Origin: Lama glama
Taxonomy: Eukaryota
Direction of reading: 5' to 3'
Length of the DNA stretch: 64,000 nucleotides
Assembly: GCA_028534125.1 (NCBI GenBank)
Contig: CM052821.1
Location: 55,242,001-55,306,000, forward strand
Of this stretch, positions 53,461 to 64,000 are shown piece by piece. Positions within the stretch are counted from its first letter, which is position 1. Each line of letters begins with the position of its first letter. The notes under the pieces are model-generated. The model was not told where the DNA came from. It saw only the letters and a program-made list of their open reading frames with translations, and searched no databases. Made by a program: the position numbers and the translations under genes.

Positions 53461-54992
53461 AACCTCACACCTAAATGCTGCTGTCCGGGAGAGGCTGAGC
53501 CTGTCCACCCAAATTCCGAGCTGAGAGACCTTCAAATAGACTCTCAGGTCACACAAAAGGCAGAGATGTCACAGCTGCCGGAAACCGCGGCTCTCCCCTG
53601 TGCTTTCGCGAAAGGTGACACTCGTCCAGGACCCAGTGCCCTGCAGAGTTTTGGCATTTGGGGAACAAGCAGCTCTGGTCCTCAGGTAACTTCTGGAAAG
53701 GACTGTTCTGAACTCACACAGAACTGTGAGCGGGGCTGCCTGGGGGACGTGGGGGTCAGGGCGTGCGGTGGGACGGGGGACCGAGTGCTCAGGGATCTCT
53801 CCCATACCCGGGTGTCCCTGGAGGCTATGTTTTGCTGCAAGAGTCCAAAGCCACAGCATCACCCACTCCCTCACGGCTTGGGGGGCTAATCAGAGGCCTC
53901 TGGCTTTGGGGCACCAGGGGCATGGGAGCCTTGGTTCCTACCCTGGTTTAATTTCTTCCCCCTGAATTTCCGCTTCCTTTGTCTGTGAGTCTGTTCCTGG
54001 CGCTGTCTGGCTTCCTGGACATGGGAGGACCCCCCAGTCCTGCCCCTCTATGGACAGAGACTTCTAATGATTAACCCCTACCAGGCCGGGACCTGGGGCT
54101 ACATGCTCAAAAGTGTCCCTGCCCCGGGGAGCTCTGCTGTCTCGGGTGCCCAAAGGCACGCCCTCTGCACTGGTCACCCTGACATCCGTTAGCAGTAACT
54201 TAATGTGGCAGAAACTTGGGCTACTGCCTAGTGGAGAGCACCCCCTGGGGTGGGGGGAGGTTGGGAAGAAGATGGCCTGGCTGCCCGTGACAAGTCCCAG
54301 GCTTGAAAATAGGGTGAGGTCCCCAGGCCGCTGTCTGGCTCCTAGACACCAGCACACGCCTCCCCCCCCCCAGCAGCAGATCCCACCCAGGCCGACCTCG
54401 CCCTGCACAGGGCCCCACCGCCCAGCCCATCCGAGGCCCTCCGAGGCCAGCTTGCGTTCCCAGGCACTGAAGATGCTCGAGGTTAAACATTAGCCGCCCC
54501 GCTGCTCGGTGCCTCCTGACCAAGCCTCCCTCGTCCTACAGGCCAGCGGCGTGCGTGGCGCTGAAGGGAGGCGCTCCCTTAGCTCCTCCCAGCCATGTCT
54601 TTTCTTCCTTAAAATTTCAAGTGAGGAAGAAACTGCAGCAGCTAACAGACTGCTGAGAACCCCGCTCTGAGGTCAGGTGTAAACTCCAGGAGCTTCTTTT
54701 CAGTCTGAGGTTTGGAACAGCCGTCAGTTTTTAATTTACAACCTGCCCTCTCTGAAAACCCTCAGAAGGGGGTTTTGTTATGGAAATCAGAACAGATTCT
54801 GGCCAGTCCTCCTGCCACCCAGTTTTTCATTGTGGATTCAGTTTGTTCAGAGTGCTTGGAGGGAAAGACAGAGCTGGTCGAGGGGCAGGACTAGGGGATG
54901 GGCTGGTCTAGGGGATGGGCTAAGTTTCCAGAGGGAGGAGTTCCTGGACACAACTGCCAGGTGGGCAGGGGTGCCTGGGGGGCTGCGCCCAC

Positions 54993-55119
54993 CTCGCGCC
55001 GGGAGACGTCCATCAGCACGGCTGAGCTGGTCGCGTGGCTGCACTGGCAGGTGACGTGGGTCCGGTTTCGGGACAGCAGCTCACAGCCCTTGGCCGACCA
55101 CCCTCCAGTCCCACCGAGG
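54993..55119 (-). CDS. CELSR1: CELSR1 GPS-motif exon (about 23), [42 protein letters not shown]
   Basis: ctgcag acceptor, GAG|gtgggc donor, 127 nt. Confidence 0.95.
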
Positions 55120-56424
55120 CTGCAGAGAAGAGGGGTTGAGGCTGTTCCCTCCACGGCCTATGTCTCCCGGACTCTCCCACCCGTGCCAGGGGCCAACAGC
55201 ATCCTCACTGGGCCCAAGGCAAGTGCCACTGTCACCACTGTGAGGACCACGGCCTGGCTGCTCCCCTGGGACCGTGTGAACCTCCTTTCTTCCCTTTTGA
55301 GGCTGGTGGGGCCCTCTCAGAAGCACCCTCTGAAGTTCACCTTTCAGGAGTCACCCAGCAGTAAAACTTAAATGGGATGTCAGAGGCCACCACACGCCTC
55401 TTTTGTTGGAGACATTAGTCAGTTGTTAAAATAGCCACTTTGTACTTTAGTCTCCTTTTCAGTCTGGATGATTTAAGAAGAAACACCTCACGTCCATCTG
55501 ACACTTTCATCTTCGGATTGCACAATGTTTTATAGCCACTGCCTGGAAGCAGGGCCCAATTATTACCCCGCTTTCCTGATGGGAAGCCCCAAATGACAGG
55601 CTGCTACAGGTGTGTGTTGGCCTCAGACAGGGCCCTGCCCTCCCTGACGCTGGGAAAGGCAACGAACTTCCCTGATCCCTAGTTGACTCATCTGTAAAAT
55701 GGGATGTGAGGGCTCACACATGACGGCCAAGAACCTGCAGACCTGGGTGGCAGGTGCCGCACAAAGCAGAGGGGGTTAATTAGAGCATGGGCTAATTGCC
55801 AGGATTCAATCCGGCGAGCACAAGAGACAGCGAGCCCGACGCAAGCCAGACAGACTCAACACTTCCCTGGTCGTGAAAGGGGGCCCCTCGTTCTCTCTTT
55901 TGTAAGCCAAGCGTCTATTACGCTCCAGGCATGATGCTGGTTGCTCATTAATTCGAATTCAGAAAATACAGAAGGAGGGAGAGTGATGCGTGGTGTCTGC
56001 TGAGCCAAACCTGCTTCCCAGTGTGAGCGCCCAGGACGGCGCCCGTGGCAGCGCCCGCTCAGTCGGGTGGCAACACAACTTGGGGGAATCTTCGTGCTGC
56101 TCGGGAGTGAACTCCCAAATGCATGAAACTCTGCCTTGGTTCACGCAGGGGTTGGGGAGTTGGGGGAGATGGGTGCTGGGGAGGCGGGCAAAGCCTCGCA
56201 GGGTAAAATGAGCCAGCAGCTGCCGTGCTGGTCTCCGGGGCGGGATGGCTGGGGTCAGGGACAGGACCACGCCTCCCAAGCTGGGATTTCCCTCCATCAG
56301 CAGAAGGACCCCTGGGCCCAGTCTCCGAGTCCTGCCTCCCACGTGTGTCCAGAACTAGCCCCTGCCGCGTTTGCTGGTGGACTGGGCGCTTGCGTGCGGC
56401 TGCGTCCCGGGAGTCCGTGCTGGG

Positions 56425-56575
56425 ATCTGTGTGTGCCTGTGCATGTGTTTCTAGGTGTGTGTCCGTGTGCATTTGTGTACACACGTGCATGTTCATAACT
56501 GGGCGCAGGTGCAAACGTGCAAGTCTGTGTTTCCAGGTGTGCATGTAGGTGCATGTGTGTGTGTAACTATGTGCT
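56425..56575. repeat. Degenerate (TG/TGCA)n purine-pyrimidine low-complexity tract
   Basis: gtgtgtgcctgtgcatgtg...gtgtgcatgtaggtgcatgtgtgtgtg. Confidence 0.7.
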
Positions 56576-56726
56576 TATCAAAGACTCTGACACCCCCAGG
56601 ACACTCTGCCAGTGCAGCACTGGGGACCTGTGGGCGGGCACACCTGGCCTCAGCAAAGCCCTGGCCCCCCAGAAACACAGAACTATGGGGCCGGAGGTGG
56701 AGCCCCGGCCCCGGCGTCACCCTTAC

Positions 56727-56894
56727 GTGATGGAGTGGTTCCAGAACACACAGACGGGCTTGGTGCGCTCCTCGGCCTCCAGGAGGGTGTGCTCCACCAG
56801 GACGGGCCGCTGCAGGGGGCTGGGCAGCGGGGCCCCCTCGCTGTACACCACCGCGCTCACCACCGGCGTGTTAATGACGGGCCGGTTAGGCAGT
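56727..56894 (-). CDS. CELSR1: CELSR1 coding exon (about 22), LPNRPVINTPVVS...KPVCVFWNHSI
   Basis: ccgcag acceptor, AC|gtaagg donor, 168 nt. Confidence 0.95.
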
Positions 56895-57674
56895 CTGCGG
56901 GGGAGAAGCCAGAGCACAGGGCAGCCCCGGGTGCAAACCTGGCGAGGACACGGGACAGGGGTCTCTCCGGGGGGGGCCGAATGAAGGACACCAGCTCGGA
57001 GCGGCGGCCTCTGGAGAAGGTGCGGCTGGGGCGGCGGCGAGCTTGGTGAGGGCTCTGTCACTGACGGGCGAGCACAGGGACAAAGGTGGACTTGGGAAAT
57101 TTAGAAACGAAGACAGGGTGTTGGGGCCCCTGACATATTAGCAACAGCAGAACACTGGGACTGTCGGAGACTTCTGATCAAAGGAAATGGGTGGAAGGAT
57201 TACGGCTCAGTCACCAGGGAGGATGGATGAAGACCTCAGGCCAGGGCAGTATCTGGAAGGTGATGTTAAGGTTGAAAAAGTGAGGCCTCCGGGGCGCCGG
57301 CCCTGAGGCCCTTGGGCGGCTTTTGCTTCTCCAGCTGGTACTTACTGCGCTGCCCTCAGGGCTGGGCCCACAGGGGTCGGAGGCAGCCGGGTGTGCGAGG
57401 AGGCCCTCCCAGCAGGAGTTACGCTGCTGAGCCCGGGGCCTGTGCTGGGGAGGGGCGCTCCTCGCAGAAACACCAGGAACGGTGCCTGTCTGGCAGACCC
57501 AGAACCTCTGTCCAAGGGACATCACACGGCAGAGATGCCTGGCCTTGGGCCAGGGTCACTATCTAGTGTCCTTATCCAGATGTTGCAGTGGTGGAGATTG
57601 TGACTCATGGAAGCTCAGAACCCTCTGGAAATCCCCTACTCCCCCACCCCCTGTGCTCCTGGAACCAGCCTTAC

Positions 57675-57879
57675 CTGAGGCTGCGGCGGTCGGGGTCATA
57701 GTGCTCCGGCAGGAGCTGCCCCAGGGTCCGGTAGACGATGACCAGGGCGACAGCGAACTGGCCAGGCTCGTCGGGGTGCCTCTTCCGCCTCCTGAAAGGG
57801 GCCTCAGTCTGGGCGCTGGGCCGCGGGCGTGTCGTCTGTGGGGTGGCCTTGCGACCGGCTGGTCTCACCGTGGGGCCCT
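57675..57879 (-). CDS. CELSR1: CELSR1 coding exon (about 21), GPTVRPAGRK...YDPDRRSLR
   Basis: ttgcag acceptor, AG|gtaagg donor, 205 nt. Confidence 0.94.
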
Positions 57880-57959
57880 CTGCAAGGTGAGCATAGAGTG
57901 AGGATGGGGGCCGGACACCCGCTTTCTACCTGAGCCAGTGCCTCCTGAAATCAACAGAT

Positions 57960-58515
57960 GCTCTGTGGAAAACAGGAGGCGGTTCCTTAAAAGGTCAAAC
58001 ACGGAGCCACGGTCTGCCCCTGCGACCCCACTTCTGGGTGAGTGCCCCGAGAACTGAAAGCAGGGAATGACAGACACTCGCACACCCACGTCCACGGCAG
58101 CCAACAGGTGCAAGCAGCCCAGGTGCCCATCAACAGATGATGGACCAGCAAAATGTGGTCCGTCCACACAAGGGACTAGCATTCAGCTTTAGAAAGGACA
58201 GAAGTGCTGACACAGGCTGTACCGCGTCATGCTCAGCGAAAGAAGCCCGTCAAATACTGTGCGCTTCCACTTACAGGAGGGGCCTGGGACAGAACTCACG
58301 GACAGGAGAACGGCGGTACCGGAGGCTGGAAGGGAACTGTGGGGCATGGGTACTTAATGGGTACAGCATTTCAGGTCTGCAGGGTGAGAAAGTCCTGGCG
58401 GTGGACGGTGGTGACGGTTGCCCAAGAACGCGAGTGTCCTTAATGCTGCTGAGCTGCATGCCCCAGCGGTGAGACGGGCACACTGCACGCTGGATGTCTT
58501 CCACCAGTTTTTAAA
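57960..58515 (+). mobile_element. L1MB 3' end
   Basis: ctctgtggaaaacag...ccacttctgggt...tgcccatcaacagatga...aatgggtacag...ggtggtgacggttgc. Confidence 0.8.
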
Positions 58516-59310
58516 CAGCAGCAGGTGTCACGTGACAACTGCCTGACGTCCGTGACCCAGTGCAGGGTCTCCACCCAGGGCAGCGCGGGGGGCACAGAGG
58601 AGGGACTACTAGAGTTCATGCGGGTTCGTGTCCCTCACTTTTATTTTGGGTAACACGTGGGTGTGTTTTAAACTGTGCGTGCTCGAGGGGTACGAGAGGC
58701 CATGTGAGGAACTCATAAATAAATAAATGTATGCATTTTGGGGTGTACACGCTTAAAATTTCTTGCCACTGATTGGAGAGTGCACCATGGATGCTGGAGG
58801 CCCTGGTTTAAACCCGAATGTCCCAGTCTGTGTGCCCCTCAGGGTTTGGCCCTCAGCCCTGTCCCACCAGCAGAGGACCACTTCCCTCCGCTCTCAGCTA
58901 CCCTTGCAGGAGGTTCACAGCCACACTCACCCACATTTTCAATAACCCACAAAGTGCCCCTGGCCATGCCTCGACCAGGAGTCATCTCTGCAAACATCCA
59001 GACCCCCCACCACCCAGCACACATACCCAGAGCACGGGCCCAGGGGGGCAGGCGGCCGCGCCCTGAAGGTGGCTTCTGGGAGGAGCGACACGGCTGGGGG
59101 GCTGGGGGGTCCAGGAGGGGAGCCTGTGGGGGGCTGGAGGGTGCAGTGGGGGAGGGTCTCCCCTCTGCCCCCGTGATGGGGACAATGCAGGCTGAAAGGC
59201 GAAGCTCAGAGCAGCTGATGGATCCCAGCCAAACCCCCTCTGACCAGCCAGGGTCTGCCCCGAGGCGGCCACCCACACTTCTCATATCCCCCAACCCTGC
59301 TCAGGGCCAC

Positions 59311-59535
59311 GCTGGTCAGCAGCTGGTTAAAATCACTTGTTAGCCACACTCAGCCTGGTTAAAAGCACTGGTTAGCCACACCCAGGCTGGTCAGCAACAC
59401 TGGTTGGCCACACTCAGGCTGGTTAACAGAAATGGTTAGCCACACTCAGGCTGGTCAGCAACATTGGTTAGCCACACTCAGGCTGGTTAACAACACTGGT
59501 CAGCTACTCTCAGACTGGCTGACAACACTGGTTAG
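59311..59535. repeat. 32-bp minisatellite, 6 full units plus partial flanks
   Basis: Units start at 59339, 59371, 59403, 59435, 59467, 59499; consensus gttagccacactcaggctggt(t/c)a(a/g)caacactg. Confidence 0.92.
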
Positions 59536-61021
59536 TGACATTCAGGGGGGTCACTGACACTCGGGCCGGTCGGCAGCTCTGGCTTCGGGGTCAGCGGGGA
59601 GGTGGCTTTCACTGTTTCCCAGGGCCTGGCTGAGCGGCTTCTGGGAAGGTGCGTGTAGGAGCCACAGCTGGTGCCCTCGCCGGTCCGGCATCCCCACCCG
59701 CTCTCCTACCTTGGCAGGCCGGTCACCCGACTGCGCCGCCCCAGCTCTTCCTCTGGGGGAAGGCAGCGCAGGCTGCGGGATTCTGCAGTGGAGTGCCCGA
59801 TGCTCCCCAGATTGGGTGGTACTCCCAGGTCTCCCCACCCCAACTTGGGCCAGACGCCACCAGGTCAAGTCAAGTGCATCTGCGGCTCCCACAAAGTGGA
59901 ACCAACTCCGTAAGTTCTGCCTCGGCATCCCCACTGCCCCTGCTGCCTCTCGTTCAGCTGCTTCTCTGAAGCAGGAGACGGGACGGGCTCCCAGGCAGCC
60001 CCGCACCAGCTCCAGGCCTCCAGGCCCCCCTCCAGCAGGGCTGCCACCTCCCAGGAGCATCGCATGAGAAGCTGCAGCAGAAGATGCACCAGACAGCACT
60101 CCTGGTCACAGTGTCCTCCCCGGAGCGTGTCACAACCCGAGAGCACGCACAAGTGGGGACAAGCCCGCCCCTTCCCCGTGTCTCCTGGCCCCAGACGCAT
60201 CGCTGGTCTAAAGCCCCAGTTTCTTCCATGACTCATTTGGCCCACTGTGTCTCCAACTAACCGGTCAGCTAGCAAGTGGGTACCAAGGTCCCTCTTGGGC
60301 AAAGCATCCAGGGTACCTCACCCTAGCGGAAAAGGCAACACTCCCACACTGTCTGGGTCAAGGGTGGGATGAGACCCTGCCTGGCACAAAGTCAGGGCCA
60401 AGAAGGGGTCTGGGCCGAGGGGGAAGCTCAGTGTCTGAGGAAGGAGGATGTTGGCTCAGTGCAGCCCGAAGGGGCAGGTGAGAGGTGGGCAGAGGGTCTG
60501 AGCCAAGCCCTGGGGCTGATGTGGTCACCCTGTAGGTGGCGGGGGGAGAAAGGGGTCACCTGGGTGGGACACCTAAGCCACTGGTGGGCCACTGAGGGGC
60601 CTGGGGGCCGGGCTGCACCCCCCAACCCCTGGGAAGCTCACCCACATCTGTGGCTAAGGGCCTCTGGAGTGCTTGCCCTCCGTGTCTCTGCCACATGGGA
60701 GTCAGGTGTTTGGGAGGTTAGAGGCGAAAGGCCACAGAAGCCCCGGGGCCACATCTTCTCATCAGCAAAAGAACTAGCAGGTATGCTACGCAGTTACGGA
60801 AGTACCACACCGAATAAAACGCTGAGTCCCGGGCTGAGGGGCAGGGCCTCAGCAGGCGGCTTCCCGGGGACAGCACAGAAGCAGGGCTTTCCGGGAGCAA
60901 AGTAGGCTCCCAAGAGAGGGGGACTCGGCGGTCAGTTCAGAAGCAGAAACACTGACGCTGTCGCAGAGAAAAGGCCCAATTTTAGGTCAAGACACTAAAC
61001 AACCTGAGTGTATATACATTC

Positions 61022-61848
61022 ACAGCTGCCTTCCTCACTGCAGAGGATGCCTTCTAAGACCCCAGTGGATGCCTGAGACCATAGGTAGTACCAAACCCGA
61101 TATATGGTGCATTTTTTCCTGTACATACATAGCCATGGCAAAGCTTAATTTGTACATTTGGCATGTGGAGAAGTTAATAACAACAACGAATAATAAAATG
61201 GAACAATTATAAAAATACCCTGTCACAGAAGTCATGTGAATGGGGTCTCTTTCCTCCTCTCTCAGAATATTTTGTTGTACCCGTTTAATGCTTTTCCACC
61301 TTAACCAAGAACTCATCGCACCGCAGCTGTAACTTTTGCGGTTTTAGGTGTGACAGCAAAAGTAGCAAGAATTTTTCTCCTTCCTCACGATTCCACAGAT
61401 AGAAGGTTTGTTCTTACCGCAGATCTTAGCAAATTCAGCATCCGATTTTTTTTCTTTCCTTATTTAGTGTAGAATTTGCGCCCTCTCCCTAAAGGGAGGG
61501 CTTCCTGGCTTCCCTTTGGTTTATCTGACTCGCCGGCGTCACAGCCCCTGCTCCCTGGGGCTGTTACTGAGTAGACAGGGCCACCTGAACACAAGCACTG
61601 CGATACTTTCACAGCGGACCTGGTCACCACAATGGCTACTAAGTGACCAGCAGGCAGGGGGTATGCTGGACAAACGGATGATTCACCTCCTGGGTGGGCT
61701 GGGGCCGGCTGGCCTGAGTTCTCATCACCCCGCTCAGAACGGCGTGCAATTTAAAGCATGAGTTGTTTACTTCTGGAACTTTCCAGACCACGGTTGACCT
61801 TGGGTCACTGAAACCTCAGAAGCCACAGCTAAAGGGGGGAAGACTGTA
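61022..61848. mobile_element. Tigger7/MER44 (TcMar-Tigger) element, near full length
   Basis: Right end accacggttgaccttgggtcactgaaacc...aaggggggaagactg followed by TA; degenerate matching left end. Confidence 0.8.
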
Positions 61849-62359
61849 CCTCACTTCTGAAGACGGCTGTGAACCAAACACACTGCTGAACGGGGAAAAC
61901 CCAAATCCATCCCAAATGACCTTAATTTGTAAGACAGGGTCAGGGGTCAAGCTTGAGCCTACATCAGTTGTAAAACCCCCTTTACAAGTTTTTAGGACGC
62001 CTGAATTCATACTCAAATGACTGACAAAAATGAATTTACCAAAAACATTTCAAATTTTTAACTGTCCATTACAGAACTTGATGTCTTCAAGCCCCTGTTT
62101 GTGGGGAGACATTTCCAGTAGCTGGAGCGTCTCTGTGAGAACTACTTTCAGAAAATTCAAAACGTTTAAGCCGTTTGGTGTTACAGGCTTAACCAGGACT
62201 GGAGACCTGCCCACGGACGGCTTCTGGTTTGGGTTTTCTGAGGGGTCGGGGGGAAGTCTAAAATTTTACCTTCGTGGAGAGGCAAGTGTTCACTGCAGAG
62301 GGAAGACTAGCTCACACACGGTTTGGATGCTTACGAACTGGCCAAGTGTTTGTAAGGAA

Positions 62360-62830
62360 CTCCCACCGCCTTTCGGTCTGCCGCCCGCGGCGCCGGCGCG
62401 GGAGCAGGGCGGGCGTGCGCATGCGCGCCCGGCTCGCGCCGGGAGCGGCCCGGCCTCCCCGCCGCCCGTGGGCGCCGCCCTCCGCCCGCGCCCTCTCAGC
62501 GGCTTTACCTTTTCTCTCGGGTGGTTTGAAGAAGTCCGCCGAGAAGAAGACCGAGGACTCCAGGTCTTTCGGGAACTTGCCCCGAAGGTCCTCGAACCGC
62601 GGCACCCTGGCTCCAGTGAAGTTGAACTTGTTGAAGACGTCGACAGCGAGAACTGCGCGGACAGGTGCATCCATCACGCGCGGCTCCCGGGCCCTCCCGC
62701 GCGGAGCCCGCCCGGACCCTTGCCGTCCCGCCCGACCGGAACGGCGGTCCCCGATCATCTCTGACACGGAGCCTCCGTCCACCTTCCTGCGTCCTCTAAA
62801 CCTGCTGGGCCCCAGGTGGCGTGCCTAGCC
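62360..62830. promoter_or_regulatory. Intragenic CpG island in CELSR1 with NRF1 palindrome and GC box
   Basis: Dense CpGs on both intronic flanks of the 62509-62652 exon; TGCGCATGCGC at 62416-62426, GGGCGG at 62407-62412. Confidence 0.65.
62509..62652 (-). CDS. CELSR1: CELSR1 coding exon (about exon 20 by human numbering), LAVDVFNKFNFTGARVPRF...KPPERK
   Basis: cgcag acceptor, G|gtaaag donor, 144 nt, phase 1-1. Confidence 0.93.
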
Positions 62831-64000
62831 TTGGAGAAACACGGGCCACGTGCCTTGGAGCTCGGAGGGCGGGACAGAGAGCAGGGTGCCCCCGGCCCCC
62901 ACCGCACGGGCATGTCACCTCCCTGCTCCTGTGTCCTTGCCAGGCTGCAGAGATGGACTGCTACAGAATCAACAAATCTTAGAAACCCTAATTCTCTCTG
63001 CCTCCGTCTGGAGGAGGCAACTGGGCAGGCGCTAAGACATCGGAAGGGGCTCGGCATTTGTGTGTGTTTGCCGACAGGCCAAGTCTGAGGCTGTGCCTTT
63101 CCGTCAGTGCTGACGGCCACTGCTCTGAGGGCCTGATGACGAAAAGGCTGACTGCCATCCCAGCGGGTCCAGGGTGATCCCTAAGTCATCTGCTGAGCTG
63201 TCCGATTCAACTCTGCCAATGGAAAGGGTGCCCTCGAGTTACTGCATGAGACGGGCTGTGCTCCCACCTGAGACTCTGGGTGGCCAGGGTTGGTGGGAGC
63301 CCTGGAATGTGGGAGGCAGGGCACAGGCAGGAGCCAACGGCCCCGAGGAAACGGGAGGATGGACAGGGATGACCAGCAGCCTGAGCACAGGGAGATCTAA
63401 GGAGAAAGGTCTTGGCCCAGCACAGGGGGATGGTCCCAACCCTAGAGGATCAGGGATGGACGCTGGAGGGGGTGCGGGCAGAGGTGGGCGGCAGACTTGG
63501 CCCAGACCTGCCTGAGGGCTCTGGAAGGGGCTGGGAGGCAGGCTGCACCAGGTGCCCGTGTCCTGTCCAACATTTGTCCAGCTCTGCGAGGCTCTCTCCA
63601 GGGACAGAAGCAGGAATGCCGTGGCGCTCACCCTGCTCTCCTGCCCCAGTAAAGACAGGGTCCTGAGCCCACCTCCACCCCAGTGCAGGGCAGGTGGGAT
63701 CCTGGGCTCAGGGGGGCCTGAGAGGTGCAGACCTGCCCGAACATCTCTGGGTTAAAGGCTCAGGCCCTTCCGGTGATAGATAATTGGATAAATCAAGAAG
63801 CGACGCCCCAAGAAAAGGCAGTCCTTTGGTCCTGCCGGAGTCCCTGATGTGCGGGCTTAATAAGCAACTGCAGGAGGAAACCAGCTGCCCTGATGGTGGG
63901 AGGACCCTCCAGGGACCTCGCTGCTCTGTCCATGCGGGTGGGGCTGGTTCTAGCCTCGGGGCTTCCTCCCCAGGAAGCCAACTGCTTAGCCCTGACCCCT

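Larger units (their letters stand above)
38690..62652 (-). other. CELSR1: CELSR1 (adhesion GPCR ADGRC1), 3' part: GAIN/GPS, 7TM, cytoplasmic tail and 3'UTR
   Basis: 15 phase-consistent exons translating to CELSR1-like sequence (YDPDRRSLRLP, KPVCVFWNHS, GLDPQGYGNPDFCWLS, HDSDSDSELSLDEQSSSYASS). Confidence 0.97.

Noticed and set aside
59311-59535. CRISPR-like array
   Set aside because: Head-to-tail tandem units without unique spacers, in a mammalian intron with no cas genes

Overview
GC-rich mammalian genomic DNA carrying the conserved GTSE1-TRMU-CELSR1 block (syntenic with human 22q13.31). A tRNA-Ala-derived SINE with a camelid-type tail suggests a camel, llama or alpaca (inference). Plus strand: the last 8 coding exons of GTSE1 (621-12288) and the complete 11-exon TRMU/MTU1 gene (CDS 16538-32977, 1266 nt, 421 aa) with a CpG-island promoter. 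Minus strand: 15 consecutive CELSR1 coding exons (62652 down to 40609; GAIN/GPS, 7TM, cytoplasmic tail) plus its distal 3'UTR and poly(A) signal. The start of the terminal CELSR1 exon and its stop codon appear to fall in a 500-N gap (39353-39852). All exon boundaries were placed by hand and are GT-AG and phase-consistent. Orthology and repeat-family calls rest on recalled sequences, not database searches. Introns contain old L1, L2, MIR, MER, Tigger and MLT remnants and a 32-bp minisatellite. I see no wholly new gene system. Best leads: (1) the CELSR1 GPS reads H-A-T-S-S-A-V-L-M, with Thr at the nucleophile position where human CELSR1 has Ala; (2) an intragenic CELSR1 CpG island with an NRF1 palindrome and an in-frame downstream splice donor (+58 aa); (3) apparent loss of two GTSE1 clathrin-box motifs; (4) a stop-inserting NAGNAG acceptor in GTSE1; (5) an in-frame upstream ATG in TRMU; (6) a nested-palindrome insertion inside an L1.
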